NCBI GenBank assembly: GCA_038087875.1
Contig: JAXLNO010002306.1
Span: 1 to 39,512, forward strand
DNA length: 39,512 nt
From: Malacoraja senta
Taxonomy: Eukaryota
Reading direction: 5' to 3'
A program made the translations under genes and the position numbers. How positions within the stretch are numbered: the first letter of the stretch is position 1; each line of letters starts with the position of its first letter. The notes under the pieces were generated by a model. That model was given only the letters and a program-made list of their open reading frames with translations. It was not told the DNA's origin and did not search any database. Below, one piece after another: positions 1 to 12,478 of the stretch.

Positions 1-1465
1 TCAGCCCCTCTCCCCTCCTCTCTCTCTCGCCCCCTCCCTCTCTCCCGCTCTCTCTCTCTCTTCCACACTTTCTCCCTTCTCTCTCTCTACCCCTCTCTCC
101 CACTCTCTCTCCCTCTCTCCCCCTCCTCTCTCTCTCTCTCTCAATCTCTCTCTCTCTTTCTGTCCTCTCTCTCCCCCCTCTCTCTCTCCCACTCTTTCTC
201 GCGCCCTCTATCTCTCTCTCTTCTCTCTCTCCGCACTCTCTCCCCCTTCACTCCCTCTCTCTCTCCCCTTTTCTCTCTCCCCCCTCTCTCTCTCCCCCCT
301 CTCTGTCCTCCCTATCCCCTTATCTTTCACTCTCACCCCCTCTCACTCTCTCCCTCATCCCCCTTCTCTCTCTACTCTCTCTCCCACGTTCTCTCTCTCT
401 CTTCCCTCTCTCCCTCCCCACTTCTCTCTCTCACTCCCCCTCTCTCTCTCTCTCTTCCCCTCTCTACCCCCCCCCTCTCGCCCTATCTATCTCTCTCTCT
501 CTCTCCCCTTCTCTCTCTCTCCCCCTCTCACTCCCTATCTCTCTCTCTCTCCCACTCCCCCCCTCTCCCCCCGTCTCTCTCTCTCCCTCTTTCTCTCTCT
601 CTAACCTCCCCCCCCTCTCTCTTTCTCTCTCTCCCTCCCCGCTCTCTCTCTCCCCCTCCCCCCCTCTCTCTCACCCCCTCCCTCTCCCCACTCTCTCTGC
701 CCCTTCTCTCTCTCCCCTCTCTCTATAAATATATATATATCCTCTTTGTCTCTCTCTCCCCTTCTCTCCCTCCCCCCTTCTCTCTCTCTCTCTCTCCCCT
801 TCTCTATCCCTCCCCTTCTCTCCCTCTTTCTCTCTGTCTCTCTCCATCCTCTCTCTCTCCCCTCTATCTCTCTTCTCTCTCCCCTTCACTCTCTCCCCCT
901 TCTCTCTCTCACCCCCCCTCTTTCCCCCCTATCTCTATATCTCTCCCTCTCTCTCTCTCGCTTTATCTCCCCCTCTCTCTCGCCGCTATTCCCTCTCTTC
1001 CCCTTCTCTCCCCCCTCTCTCACCCCATCTCTCTCTCTCTCCCCTTTTCTCTATCTCTCTCGCCACCATTCTATCTCACCCCCTTCCCTCTCTCCCCTTC
1101 TCTCTCTTGCCACCATTCCCTCTCCCCCTTCTCTCTCTCTCACCCTCCTTTCTCTCTCTCTGTTCCCTTTTCTCTCTCTCTCCCTCTCTCTCTGTCCCCT
1201 CTCTCTCTCCCTCTACCCCTTTCTCTCTCTCTATCTCTCTCCCTTCTCTCTCTCTCACCACCATTCTCTCTCCGCCTTCTCTCCCCCTCTCTCTCTCCCC
1301 CCCTCACTCTCTCTCCTACTTCCCTCCCCTCTCCCCCTTCTCTCTCTCTCCCCCACCTCTCTACCTTTTTATCTCTCTCCCCCTCTCCCCCCCTATCTCT
1401 CTCTCCTCTCTCCGTCCCCTTCTCTCTCCCTGTATTTCTCTCACTTCTCTCCCCTCTCTCTCTGT
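1..1465. repeat. Long imperfect (CT)n / polypyrimidine low-complexity tract
   Basis: Almost exclusively C and T on the + strand for ~1.46 kb. Overlapping ORFs are only S/L/P or R/E/G compositional artefacts. Confidence 0.95.
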
Positions 1466-1854
1466 GGATATGCCGACATATCCGGATATGACGACATACC
1501 CGGATATGACGACATACACGGATATGGCGGCATTCCCGGATATGACGACATTCACGGATATGACATTCCCGGATATGGCGACATTCCCGGATATGGCGAC
1601 ATTCCCAGATATGACTACATTCCCGGATATGCCGACATACCCGGATATGACAACATTCCCGGATATGACGACATACCCGGATATTGCGAGATACCCGGAT
1701 ATGGCGCATTCCCGGATATGGCAGCATTCCCGGATATGACCTCAAACCCGGATATGGCCACATTCCCGGATATGACGGCATTCCCGGATATCACGACATT
1801 CCCGGATATGACGACATACCCGGATACGACGACATACCCGGATACGACGACATA
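1466..1854. repeat. 18-bp minisatellite, consensus CCGGATATGACGACATTC (copy A, ~21 units)
   Basis: Visible tandem units; reads as GYDDIP or DMTTFP repeats in two + frames. Confidence 0.95.
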
Positions 1855-1869
1855 GTGGGACTCAGTGGG

Positions 1870-1935
1870 ACAGGCAGTATCTCTGGAGAGAAGGAATGGG
1901 TGAGGTTTCGGGTCAAGACCCTTCTTCAGACGCCA
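1870..1935 (-). mobile_element. Short Penelope-derived repeat with hammerhead-like core
   Basis: Reverse complement reads CTGAAGA-AGGGTC-TT-GACCC-GAAA (1906-1929). Duplicated near 36885-36910. Confidence 0.6.
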
Positions 1936-2398
1936 TGACCCACTTCCGTGCAGCATGGCTGCCTCTAACTTTTAGACCCTGTACTTTGTATAAAGTTGGA
2001 TTTCCATAAATCAGGGAGATCATTTGTAACCCAGGGAGCACTGTACACAACTAAAAAATAATTCCTCCTCATCTAGTTAGTTTAGTTTATTGTCAAATGT
2101 ACCGAGGTACAGTGAAAAGCTTTTGTTGTGTGCTAACCAGTCAGTGGAAAGACAATACATGATTACAAATGAGTCATTCACAGCGTATACATACATGATA
2201 AGGGATTAACGTTTAGTGCATGGTAAAACCAGTAAAGTCCGATCAAAGATAGTCCAAGGGTCTCCTCTGAGGGAGATAGTTCAGGACTGCTCTCTGGTTG
2301 TGATAGGATGATTCAGTTGCCTGATAACAGCTGGGAAGAAACTGTCCCTGAATGTGGAGGTGTGTAAATAGATCATCCCAGGATATCTATTCTGTTAA

Positions 2399-2681
2399 GG
2401 GCCTGTCCCACGAGCATGCGACTGTATGCGGCTAACGCGACCTGACGTGGTCGCACTAGCCGTGCGGCCTCGTGGGGCCGGTCCCACTTCCAACCGCGGA
2501 GCCGTCTGGAGCTGGTCCTGATATCATACTCACCAATCAGCTGGGCAGGAGGCGGGCCGACTGAATTTGGACGTCGCACGTCGGGCGGTTACGTCATCAT
2601 GCAACGGCACGCCGGGCGATGACGTCATCGCGCAACGCCACAAGCTAGCCGCATACAGTCGCATGCTGGTGGGACAGGCCC
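2399..2681. mobile_element. 283-bp MITE with ~36-bp TIRs, flanked by TTAA (Kolobok- or Harbinger-like)
   Basis: TTAA|GGGCCTGTCCCACgAGCATGCGACTGTATGCGGCTA ... TAGCCGCATACAGTCGCATGCTgGTGGGACAGGCCC|TTAA. Confidence 0.85.
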
Positions 2682-2752
2682 TTAAGCTCCCATTAATTTT
2701 GTGAAAACAGCCAACAAATCTTCCTTTAGCCTTCTAAATGACAACTTATTCA

Positions 2753-3440
2753 GCATCATGAAAGTAAGCATGCAGGTAGGTCCAGCAGGCAGTGAAGAAA
2801 GTAAATGGCATGTTGGCCTTCATAACAAGAGTTTGAGTATAGGAGTAAATAGGTCATTCTGCAGTTGTACAGGGCGCTAGTGAGACCACACCTGGAGTAT
2901 TGTGTGCAGTTTTGGTCTCCAAATTTGAGGAAGGACATTCTTGCTATTGAGGGAGTGTAGCGTAGGTTTACAAGGTTAATTCCCAGGATGGCAGGACTGT
3001 CATATGCTGAGAGAATGGAGCGGCTGGACTTGTATACTCTGGAGTTTAGAAGGATGAGAGGTGATCTTCTTGAAACATATAAGATTATTAAGGGTTTGGA
3101 CATGCTAGATGCAGGAAACACATTCGAGATGTTGGGTGAGTGCAGAACAGGAGCCACAGTTTAAGAAAAGGGGTAAGCCATTTTGAACGGAAACGAGGAA
3201 ACACTTTTTCACACAGAGTGTTGTGAGTCTGTGGAATTCTCTGCCTCAGAGGGTGGTCGAGGCTGGTTCTTTGGATACTTTCAAGAGAGCTAGACAGGGC
3301 TCTTAAAGATAGCGGAGTCAGGGGAGATGGGGAGAAGGCAGGAACAGGGTACTGATTGGGGATGATCAGCCATGATCACATTGAATGGCGGTGCTGGATC
3401 GAAGGGCCGTATGGCCTACTCCTGCACCTATTGTCTATTG
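2753..3440 (+). mobile_element. CR1 LINE 3' fragment
   Basis: Encodes the [18 protein letters not shown] / YTLEFRRMRGDL C-terminal CR1 motifs, followed by the CR1 3' UTR and a (CTATTGT)n tail. Confidence 0.9.
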
Positions 3441-3804
3441 TGTATTTGGGTGTGGTCCACACACATTTAAAGAGCTGGTTCTTGCCACAGGTTTGCCCAT
3501 TCACTTCATGTATCCTTATCTCAGCAAGGATACCATCCAGATGCTCTGTTGACACTTCTGCTTGCCTTGTGTGAGCGGCAAACTTGGTCGTGTGGCTTTC
3601 TATCCGACATCTCAACTATCAATAAATATAGTGAATAGCTTCAGCCCTGAACACGTTGCCACAGGCAAAGCTCATCACTGGCCCTTCCTTCTGTAACTTT
3701 CCACTTTCTGAATGAGTTTATCAAATGCATTCACAAAGATGATCAAAACTCCTTTCCCTGTTCATTAGCGTTGAATATTTTAAAGACCAGAAAGGTTCAT
3801 CACG

Positions 3805-3930
3805 AATGTGTGGGAAGGAACTGCAGATGCTGGTTTACACCAAAGATAGACACAAAACTCTGTAGGACATGCAGCATCTCTGGATAGAAGGAATGGGTGA
3901 CGTTTCGGGTCGAGACCCTCCTTCAGAATG
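3805..3930 (-). mobile_element. Short Penelope-derived repeat (hammerhead core mutated to CTGAAGG)
   Basis: GGAAGGAACTGCAGATGCTGG...GGGTGACGTTTCGGGTCGAGACCCTCCTTCAG; same family as 24250-24375. Confidence 0.6.
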
Positions 3931-4249
3931 TTCTATTCTTTGGACGGAGGAGACTAATACATGTATATTTACATAATCTGTAGAAATGTATAGAGTGAAA
4001 GACAATGTGCAATCTTAGATCAAGGTCACCTGTTCCCCACCAACTTGGCAACACCTCCCAAAACGCACCAACAGAGAACACCAACACTACATGTATATTC
4101 TTTATTGAACATTGATAGGTTACATTGACACAAACACACATGTAGCCTCTTGTGGGGTCTCTGCAGGTTTCATGCAGGATCAGACCTGACACAAAGATGT
4201 TATCATAGTAACTGCAAGTTCTCTGAAACTTTGGTAATTGATATTTCAA

Positions 4250-4373
4250 GAGTCAAGAGAGTTTTATTGTCATGTGTCCCAGATAGGACAATGAAATTCT
4301 TGCTTGCTGCAGCACAACAGAATATGAAACATAATACAGAACAGGAGATAAAAGTTCAGTGTGTCTATAGACC

Positions 4374-4404
<31 letters not shown>

Positions 4405-4725
4405 AAATAAACAGATAAAGTGCAATAGGCTGTTATTGTTCAGAGTTTGTTTGATGGCTGTGGGGAAGCAGCTGTTCCTGAACCTCGATGTTCCAGATTT
4501 CAAGCTCCTGTATCTTCTTCCTGATGGCAACGGAGAGATGAGTGAGTGGCCAGGATGGTGTGGATCTTTGATGATGTTGGCAGCCTTTTTGAGGCAGCGA
4601 CTGCGCTAGATCCCTTCGAAGGTAGGGAGGTCAAAGTCGATGATGGACTGGGCAGTGGTCACAACTTTTTGCATTCTTTTCCGCTCCTGGACGTTCAAGT
4701 TGCCGAACCAAGCCATGATGCAACA
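4250..4725 (-). mobile_element. Rex1/Babar-type LINE 3' fragment with internal (TA)n
   Basis: Minus frame LPSGRRYRSLKSGTSRFRNSCFPTAIK matches the C-terminus of the element at 7958-11678. Confidence 0.75.
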
Positions 4726-4917
4726 AGTTATGTTTAACCAAAAATGATGTTTGATATGGATTTGGTCTGGAATCCATTTTCATTCTCAGTTGACGTTCTC
4801 TCCCTGGCTGAGTAATGTGCACAGATGTGAACCCTGGAACACCAGTCTGCACAAGACACTGAATAGCAGTGACTTTCTGGAGAGACATTCCCTTTCCTCA
4901 AGAGTAGCAACTGCTCA

Positions 4918-7377
4918 TGTTAGTAGACTAATAAATGAGGATCAAACAGGATTTGTACCTAAGAGACATTCATTTAATAATTTGAGACGTTTGCTTAACA
5001 TAATGCACTCACATAAATCTCAGGACCAAGAGTTATCTATCATCTCATTGGACGCAGAAAAAGCGTTTTGATCAAGTGGAATGGAACTATATGATTAAAG
5101 TATTGCAAAAATTCCAATTGGGAGAGAACTTCATTGCATGGATAAAACTATTATATAACAAACCTACGGCTAGAATACTAACTAATAATATATTATCCTC
5201 GAAATTTGAACTATCAAGGGGCAATAGACAAGGATGTTCATTATCACCGCTGTTATTTGCTTTAGTAATTGAACCCCTTGCTGAAAAAATAAGAACACAC
5301 ATGGATATTTACGGTTATAATACAAAATATTCAAATAACAAAATATCCTTATATGCCGATGACGTACTATTGTACATCACAAAACCACAAATTAGTATAC
5401 CAAATATATTAAATTTAATTGAGGACTTTGGATCCTTTTCAGGATATAGAATAAACTGGAACAAAAGTGAAATTATGTCGATAAAACCAAAAGACTCAAC
5501 ACACCTCAGGAAATTCCCCTTTAAAATAGCTACAGAAAAATTCAAATATTTGGGAATTGAAATTACTAGAAATTACCAGGATATGTTTAAAGCCAATTAT
5601 AATCCCTTACTTAAGAAATTAAATAATATGATTAAATTCTGGAAAACACTTCCGATGTCCTTAATAGGCAGAATAAATGCTATAAAAATGATTTTCTTAC
5701 TACAAATCCTATACCTATTTCAATCAATACCTATATATCTCCAAAAAAGTTTTTCAAAAAATTGGACTCAGACATTACAAATTTTATATGGGATTATAAA
5801 TCCCATAGAATACAAAGAGCACACCTTAATAAACGAAAAGAGTTGGGGGGTCTCGCGCTCCCTAACTTTATGTATTATAAATGGGCAGTAAATATTAAAA
5901 ATATGATTCACCTGCTGGACAATTCTGCCCAGCAGGTGGACTGGATTATAATGGAAAAAGGGGACTGTTCCCCGAGTAATATAGGAGCGATTATTCTCTC
6001 TCCAATAAATTTGAATAATAAAAATTATAATAAAAACCCAATTATAAATAGCACAATTAGAACATGGAAACAAATAAAACAGAATCTAAAATTAAGAAAC
6101 CTATCTCTCTCAATACCAATAGTTAATAACCCATCGTTTAAACCTTCAACCATAGACAAATCATTTATACAATGGGAAAGAATGGGAATCAAAACGCTCG
6201 AAGATCTGTATGAATTGGGAAAATTACTATCATTTCAACAACTACAACTGAAATATAATCTGAAAAATAATCAATATTTTAAATATCTACAAATTCGTGA
6301 TTACCTGAAAAAATACACAAAAGACTATCATAATATGCCTCCCGACTTACTAGATGAAGCAATGAAGACAAAGGCGGAATCAGCTAATCTAATATCGTAC
6401 TTATATAATATCATTTTAAACATAGAAATACCCACAACAGAAGGAATTAGAAGAGACTGGGAACAAGAATTAGCTATAAAAATTTCAAAAGAGAGCTGGG
6501 ATAACCACTTACTACAGGTGCATAAATGTTCGATCAATGTACGACATACGCTCATCCAATTCAAAACATTACATAGACTATATTATTCAAAAACTAAATT
6601 AAATAAAATCTTTCCTAATGTTTCACCAATCTGTGATAAATGTCTATGTCAAGAAGCTACCATAGCGCATTCTTTTGTTTTTTGTACAAAAATCCAAAAA
6701 TTCTGGTATGAAATATTTGATATTTTCTCAAAATTAATTAAAATAAAACTGGTACCAAAACCAGAATGGATCATTTTTGGAATATCGGAAGGTATCCCTG
6801 AATTAAACGTGTATCAGAAGAACTTATTCAATTACGGGCTAATAATGGGAAAAAGGCTCATACTTAAATTCTGGAAAAATGCGCCCACACCAACAATAAA
6901 AATGTGGACATCAAATATGTTGGAAACATTACATCTGGAAGAGATGAGATTCCTCTTAGCAGGGAAAGCAGACCAATTCCAAAAGACGTGGTCTATGTTT
7001 TTGGACCTATTATACGCATGAGGTGCAATAGTAATTTAAAAAATAAATAAATAAAGGAATGGTATCAGGAGGTAAAACAATAAAAACAGACTTGGTTGGT
7101 GGTTCCCTTTCTGCGATTGTTCCTACTTTCTTTTTCTTTCTTTTCTAGGATCTACTTTCTTACTTTACTTCCTTCTCTAACTTCTTTTCTAAGGGGCTTT
7201 CTTTTCACAACACTCTCTTGCACCTCACGACTCTTGCGCACTTTCTTTACTTTTCTTACTTCTATCTTTCTCTTAAAGCTAAAAAAAATGAAGCGGTATA
7301 AAAAATGTATTAAGATATAAGTGTTGTGTATTACTGTAACTTACCGTACTTCTAATAAAAATAATTTAAAAAAAAAA
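4918..7377 (+). mobile_element. 5'-truncated L1-clade LINE: ORF2 RT and C-terminal CCHC, two frameshifts, 18-bp TSD
   Basis: Motifs QTGFVP, SLDAEKAFD, RQGCSLSPLLF, LYADD and CDKC...H...C. AATAAA at ~7354 followed by poly(A). TSD AAGAGTAGCAACTGCTCA at 4900-4917 and 7378-7395. Frameshifts near 5070 and 5755. Confidence 0.95.
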
Positions 7378-7479
7378 AAGAGTAGCAACTGCTCAACTAA
7401 CCACAACATGGTCTTGTTACTATCGGCACAATATCACAAGAGGAGATAACCACATTTGACAGAGTGCAGGAGATGTTTA

Positions 7480-7957
7480 GACACACAGATGTACAACCAG
7501 GCTCCTTCACCCCGAGTAGGGCAATCAAGAACCAGGACATGGGTTTAAGGTGAGGGGGGACAGATTTAATGGGAATATGAGGGGCAACTTTTTCACACAG
7601 AGGGCACTGGGGTACATGGAATGTGCTGCGGGAGAAGGTAGTTGACGCAGAAACTATGACAATGTTTAAAAGTTATTTGGACAGGTACATGGATAGGACG
7701 AATAGTGAAAGGCCTGGACAGAACGGATGTAAAGAGGATGATTCCACTGGTGGGAGAGTCGAGGACCATAGCCTCAGAATTAAAGGAGGTTCCTCTAGGA
7801 AGATGAGGAGGAATTTCTTTTGTCACAGGGTAGTGAATCTGAGGAAGTCATTGCCACAGAAGGCTGTGGAGGCCCACTCAATGGGTATTTTTAAAGCAGA
7901 GATAGATTGATTCTTGATTAGTATTGGTGTCAAGGGGAGAAGGCAGGAGAATGGGGA
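7480..7957 (+). mobile_element. CR1 3'-end fragments; the last one is split by the Rex1/Babar insertion and resumes at ~11679-11760
   Basis: Contains RRNFFCHRVVNL and GIFKAEID. The 3' UTR ...GGAGAATGGGG resumes as AGGAAGGCGAGATAGATCAGCCATG after 11678. Confidence 0.75.
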
Positions 7958-10900
7958 ACCAAGATGGCGGCGCGCATAGTCGCAGCGGCCCCTCGGGACA
8001 TAGTCGGAGCGTTAAAAAATGAGTTTTGTGTGTCTTGTCCAGTCTGTCCAAGATATATGTACAGTAGGAACATGCTCCTAAACATCGGGGCTAACCACAG
8101 CAGCAGGACGGGCGCGTTTTGGTGCGATTTAGGAAAAATACGCCGTTATGAACTACTATCAACGGCAGCAAAGTCAACGGCTGCAAAGTCAAATTCAAAG
8201 TCGGCTGCAAAGTCAACAGCTGCAAAGTCAACGGCGGCAAATTCAAATTCAAAGTCGGCTGCAAAGTCAACGGCTGCAAAGTCAACGGCGGCAGATTCAA
8301 ATTCAAAGTCGGCAAATTCAAATTCAAAGTCAACGGCTGCAAAGTCAACGGCTGTAAAGTCAAATTCAAAGTCAAACATAACGGCCACAGAAAGTAGGAA
8401 CATGCTCCTAAACATCGGGGCTAACCACAGCAGCAGTACGGGTGCGTTTTGGTGCGACTTAGACAAAATACGCCGTTATGGACTACTACTACCGGCTGCG
8501 AAGTCAAACACAATGGCCACAGAAAGGTATACAAACGGAGAGTGGAGGCGGGAGAGGAGAGAGAGAGGAGGAGGAGACGCAAGCGGTGCGAGAGGAGGCA
8601 GAAACGGGGTAAAAGAGCAGGATCTTACACGAGGCGGAGACGGGGGAAAAGAGCAGGCATCTGCGCCAGGCTAACATCTAACCCCACCCGACCTGCAGTG
8701 CCCTCGCTTCTCCTCTCTAATGTCCGCTCCCTGGACAACAAACTTGACGAACTGCGTCTTCTCATAACAACATACAGGGACATTAGAGACTGCTGTGTGT
8801 TTGTTTTTACGGAATCATGGCTCCACGGTAATGTCCCAGACACAGCAATACAGCTGGAGGGAATGACATTGTTCCGTGCGGACAGAGAGGCAGCTGGCTC
8901 TGGTAAGAGCCGAGGTGGAGGCCTGTGCTTGTACATAAACAAGGACTGGTGTGTGAACGCTACGATAGCCGGGAAACACTGCTCTCCGCTGATAGAATTC
9001 CTCATCATGAAATGTCGGCCTTTCTATCTGCCGAGGGAATTCTCCGTTGTTTTCGTTGTGGCTGTATATGTTGCTCCAACTGATAATGTAAATTCTAAGG
9101 CCAACGAATCACTGGGAGCTCTGCATGACGCCATCAGTGAGTTCCAGACCAAACATCCTGATAGCTTCATTGTGGTGGCCGGGGATTTTAATCACACCAG
9201 CCTTAAGACGGTGCTCCCAAAATTCAAGCAATATGTGGATTTTGAGACCAGGGGAGAGAACATCTTGGACTTGGTTTACACCAACACCCCAGAGGCTTAC
9301 AAGGCAGCCCCACGCCCTCACCTGGGCCACTCGGACCACATTTCAGTGTTTTTAACACCAGCCTACAGACCTCGGCAGAAACAAGTCAGTGCGGAGAGAA
9401 AACACACCAGGGTCTGGCCAGAGGGAGCAGCCTCAGCTCTGCAGGATTGCTTCCTGCACACTGACTGGGATGTGTTCAGGACAGCGGCATCCTATGACGA
9501 CCTCATCAACATCGAGGAGTACGCAGAGACTGTAACCAGCTACATTGCCAAGTGCACCGAGGATGTCACCATCATGAGAACCTTCACTGCACGTGGAAAC
9601 AAAAAGTCATGGATGACAGCAGAGGTACGCTCACTGCTGAGGGCTCGTGATGAAGCCTACAGAGCCGGTACACATCCGCTCTTCGATCTAGCAGGACTGC
9701 AATGGAAAAAGGAATTAGGGCAGCGAAACGTGCCTACGCGGGAAAAATCCAGGGACACCTCTGTGACATAGGAGACACCAGGAGGATGTGGAAGGGAATC
9801 CAAACACTGACAGGGTACAGGGCAAGGCAGCAGGTAACTGACACGGATTCTTCTCTCCCTGATGAACTAAACAACTTCTTCGCTCGTTTTGATGCAGCAA
9901 ACACCACACCCAAGGGGAGAGCCAGTCCCTGCATACAAACCGACCAGCCAGTCCTGACCATAGACCCTATGGACACACGGAGAATCCTGTCTAAGGTCAA
10001 CCCGTGGAAAGCAGTCGGACCCGATAACATCCCAGGACGTGTGCTTAAGGAATGTGCTGAGGAGTTAGCATATGTGCTAACGGACATCTATAACATCTCC
10101 CTCAGTCAAGCCATTGTCCCCACATGCCTCAAAACGAGTACAATAATCCCAATAGCAAAGAAACCAGTTGTGGCCTGCCTAAACGATTACCGCCCTGTCG
10201 CCTTGACCCCAATAATAATGAAGTGTTTTGAACGCCTGGTGAAACCCCACATTACTGCCAGCCTCCCCTCATCGTTAGACCCCCTCCAGTTTGCCTATCG
10301 CCCCAACCGTTCTACAGAGGACGCCATCTCTACCACGCTGCACACAGTGCTCACGCATCTGGAAAAAAGTAACACATACGCCAGAATCCTGTACATTGAC
10401 TTCAGCTCTGCGTTCAACACCATCATCCCACAGAGCCTTGTGGAGAAACTAACCCTGCTGGGCCTCAACACCACCCTGTGTCACTGGATCTTGGACTTTC
10501 TGACAGAGAGACCGCAGTCAGTCCGTGTGGGCAAGAACACTTCAGGCTCGATCACGCTGAGCACCGGCTCACCTCAAGGCTGTGTGCTCAGCCTGCTGTT
10601 GTTCACATTGCTCACACATGACTGTGCGGCCAGATTCAGGGACAATATGATCATAAAATTCGCGGATGACACAACAGTGGTGGGACTCATCAGCGGAGAT
10701 GATGAATCAATGTACAGGGAGGAAGTAAAATAACTAGTGGACTGGTGCGGCAAAAATAATCTAGAACTAAATGTGGAAAAAACAAAGGAGATGGTTGTCG
10801 ACTTCAGGAGGGCGCAGCCAAAGCATGCACCCCTTAACATCAGTGGCGCCACAGTGGAGAGAGTGGAGAGCATAAAGTTCCTCAGGGTGCAAATTACGGA

Positions 10901-11678
10901 CAGCCTCACCTGGTCCAGAAACACCACTGGGACCGTCAAAAGGGCCCATCAGCGACTGCACTTCCTGAGGAAACTAAAACAGGCCTCATTCCCCACCAAC
11001 ATCCTCAGGACTTTCTACAGGGGTACAGTGGAGTCTGTACTCACGTACTGTTTAAATACGTGGTACTCAACCTGCAACTGCTCGGACAGGAAGGCTCTGC
11101 AGAGGGTAGTGAGGGGAGCAGAGAAGATCATTGGCTTCTCCCTACCCTCGGTACAAGAACTGTTCCTGAGCCGCTGTCGGAAAAAAGCCCAAAAAATTGC
11201 CAAGGACAAAATGCACCCCCTCAACATACACCTGGATCTCCTGCCATCAGGCAAGAGATATCGCAGCATCAAAGCCTGGATTACAAGACTGCTAAACAGC
11301 TTCCTGCCATATGCTGTGAGGCTGCTAAACAGCCACTCTGTACTCACAGTCACCTGATTCTGCGGCTTGGCACGGATACTCTAATAACTGGCACTGGCCA
11401 CTTCAATAACTGGCACTGGCCACTCAAATCAGCCACCCCGGACATGTTTATGATTGGTCTTACTGTATTTTAACGTTGTTTGTATCTATTTTAACTTATA
11501 CTATTCCATCAGGGACTGGATTGTTTTAGTGTTGTTTTTATTATTATTATGTGCGAAATGTTTTAAACGTCATGTGCGATGCTCCGGTATTCCCTGGGAA
11601 ACGCCTTTTCGTTTTGCACTGCACAACTGTTGCTTGCAAGATGACAATAAAGGAATTGAATTGAATTGAATTGAATTA
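7958..11678 (+). mobile_element. Near full-length Rex1/Babar-type LINE (APE endonuclease + RT), mildly disrupted
   Basis: APE motifs SNVRSL, FTESWL, AGDFN and GHSDH (8449-9771). RT motifs [30 protein letters not shown] and FADD (9702-10733). C-terminus at 10737-11357. Frame changes near ~8500 and ~9700. TAA at 10731-10733 where the paralog at ~25230 has CAA. AATAAA plus (GAATT)n tail. Confidence 0.9.
8063..8489 (+). repeat. ~97-bp direct repeats (8063 and 8393) enclosing a mosaic of 15-bp and 12-bp tandem units
   Basis: AGTAGGAACATGCTCCTAAACATCGGGG... occurs twice, 330 bp apart. Units GCAAAGTCAACGGCT and AAATTCAAAGTC lie between them. Confidence 0.9.
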
Positions 11679-12169
11679 GGAAGGCGAGATAGATCAGCCA
11701 TGATTGAATGGCAGAGTAGACTTGATGGGCTGAATGGCCTAATTCTGCTCCTATCACATGAACATGAGATGATCAGTGATTTAGGCCAAACACGGGGAGA
11801 CGGCACTAGTGTAGATCGGGCACCTTGGTTGGCAAAGGCAAGCTGAGCCGAAGGGCCTGTTACCGTCCTGTATAAATCTATGACTCCATGATCACTCCAA
11901 TGCCAACACGCTTGTACCCAGCTCCATCCACTCAATGGACTTTCTGATGGACCTCTTTTCCAGTGTCGACAAACAATTGTACAAGTACTCAACTCCACTC
12001 TTCAAATTAGCAGCAAGCCAACTAGACTGAGATGCCACACAGAGGGCCGACAACAATGAGTGGACTGACCCTGTGACACTAATTTTGAAGAACAGCAGGC
12101 TTGGTCTTCTCAGTGTCCTGGCTACTGAGCAGTTTTGGAATAAACTGAAGATGTGAAAGTACAGAAATA

Positions 12170-12478
12170 TTTAGCATTGTGCCCTAGTTCTGGTTGCATT
12201 GTGGCCTGGTTCGGCAACTTGAATGTCCAGGAGCGAAAAAGACTACAAAAAGTTGTGACCACTGCCCAGTTCTTCGCCGGCTTTGACCGTCGAAGGGATC
12301 TATCGTAGTCGCTGCCTCAAAAAGGCAGCCAAAATCATCAAAGACCCACACCATCCTGGCCACACACTCATCTCACCATTGCCATCAGGAAGCAGTTACA
12401 GGAGCCTGAAAACTGTAACGTCCAGGTACAGGAACAGCTTCTTCCCTGCAGCCATCAGGCTATTAAACACAACCATAT
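12170..12478 (+). mobile_element. Rex1/Babar 3' fragment
   Basis: IYRSRCLKKAAKIIKDPHHPGH...PSGSSYRSLKTVTSRYRNSFFPAAIRLLN. Confidence 0.8.

Larger units (their letters stand above)
1466..4380 (+). repeat. Segmental duplication copy A (direct repeat of ~35963-39470)
   Basis: Collinear near-identity with copy B, including minisatellite, MITE, CR1 fragment and unique sequence. About 7 differences in the ~540 bp compared (1861-2400 vs 36841-37375). Duplicated ORFs appear in the track (3356/38330, 3923/38912). Confidence 0.95.

Noticed and set aside
746-1855. 369-aa ORF (S/L/P-rich, then GYDDIP repeats) and overlapping R/E/G ORFs
   Set aside because: Open only because the CT tract and 18-bp unit lack stops; no domain signature and no splice context.
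4631-4917. Ig-like peptides (AIQCLVQTG...; ADWCSRVHIC) as a CH6/tail exon
   Set aside because: Cys/Trp spacing is inconsistent across frames and there are no clear splice sites; too weak without an alignment.
7096-7320. Hydrophobic ORF as an Ig transmembrane exon
   Set aside because: It is on the wrong strand, lies in the T-rich L1 3' UTR and lacks the conserved Ig TM motif.
7964-8674. STAAK/SNSK low-complexity protein as a host gene
   Set aside because: It is the repeat-expanded 5' part of the Rex1/Babar element.
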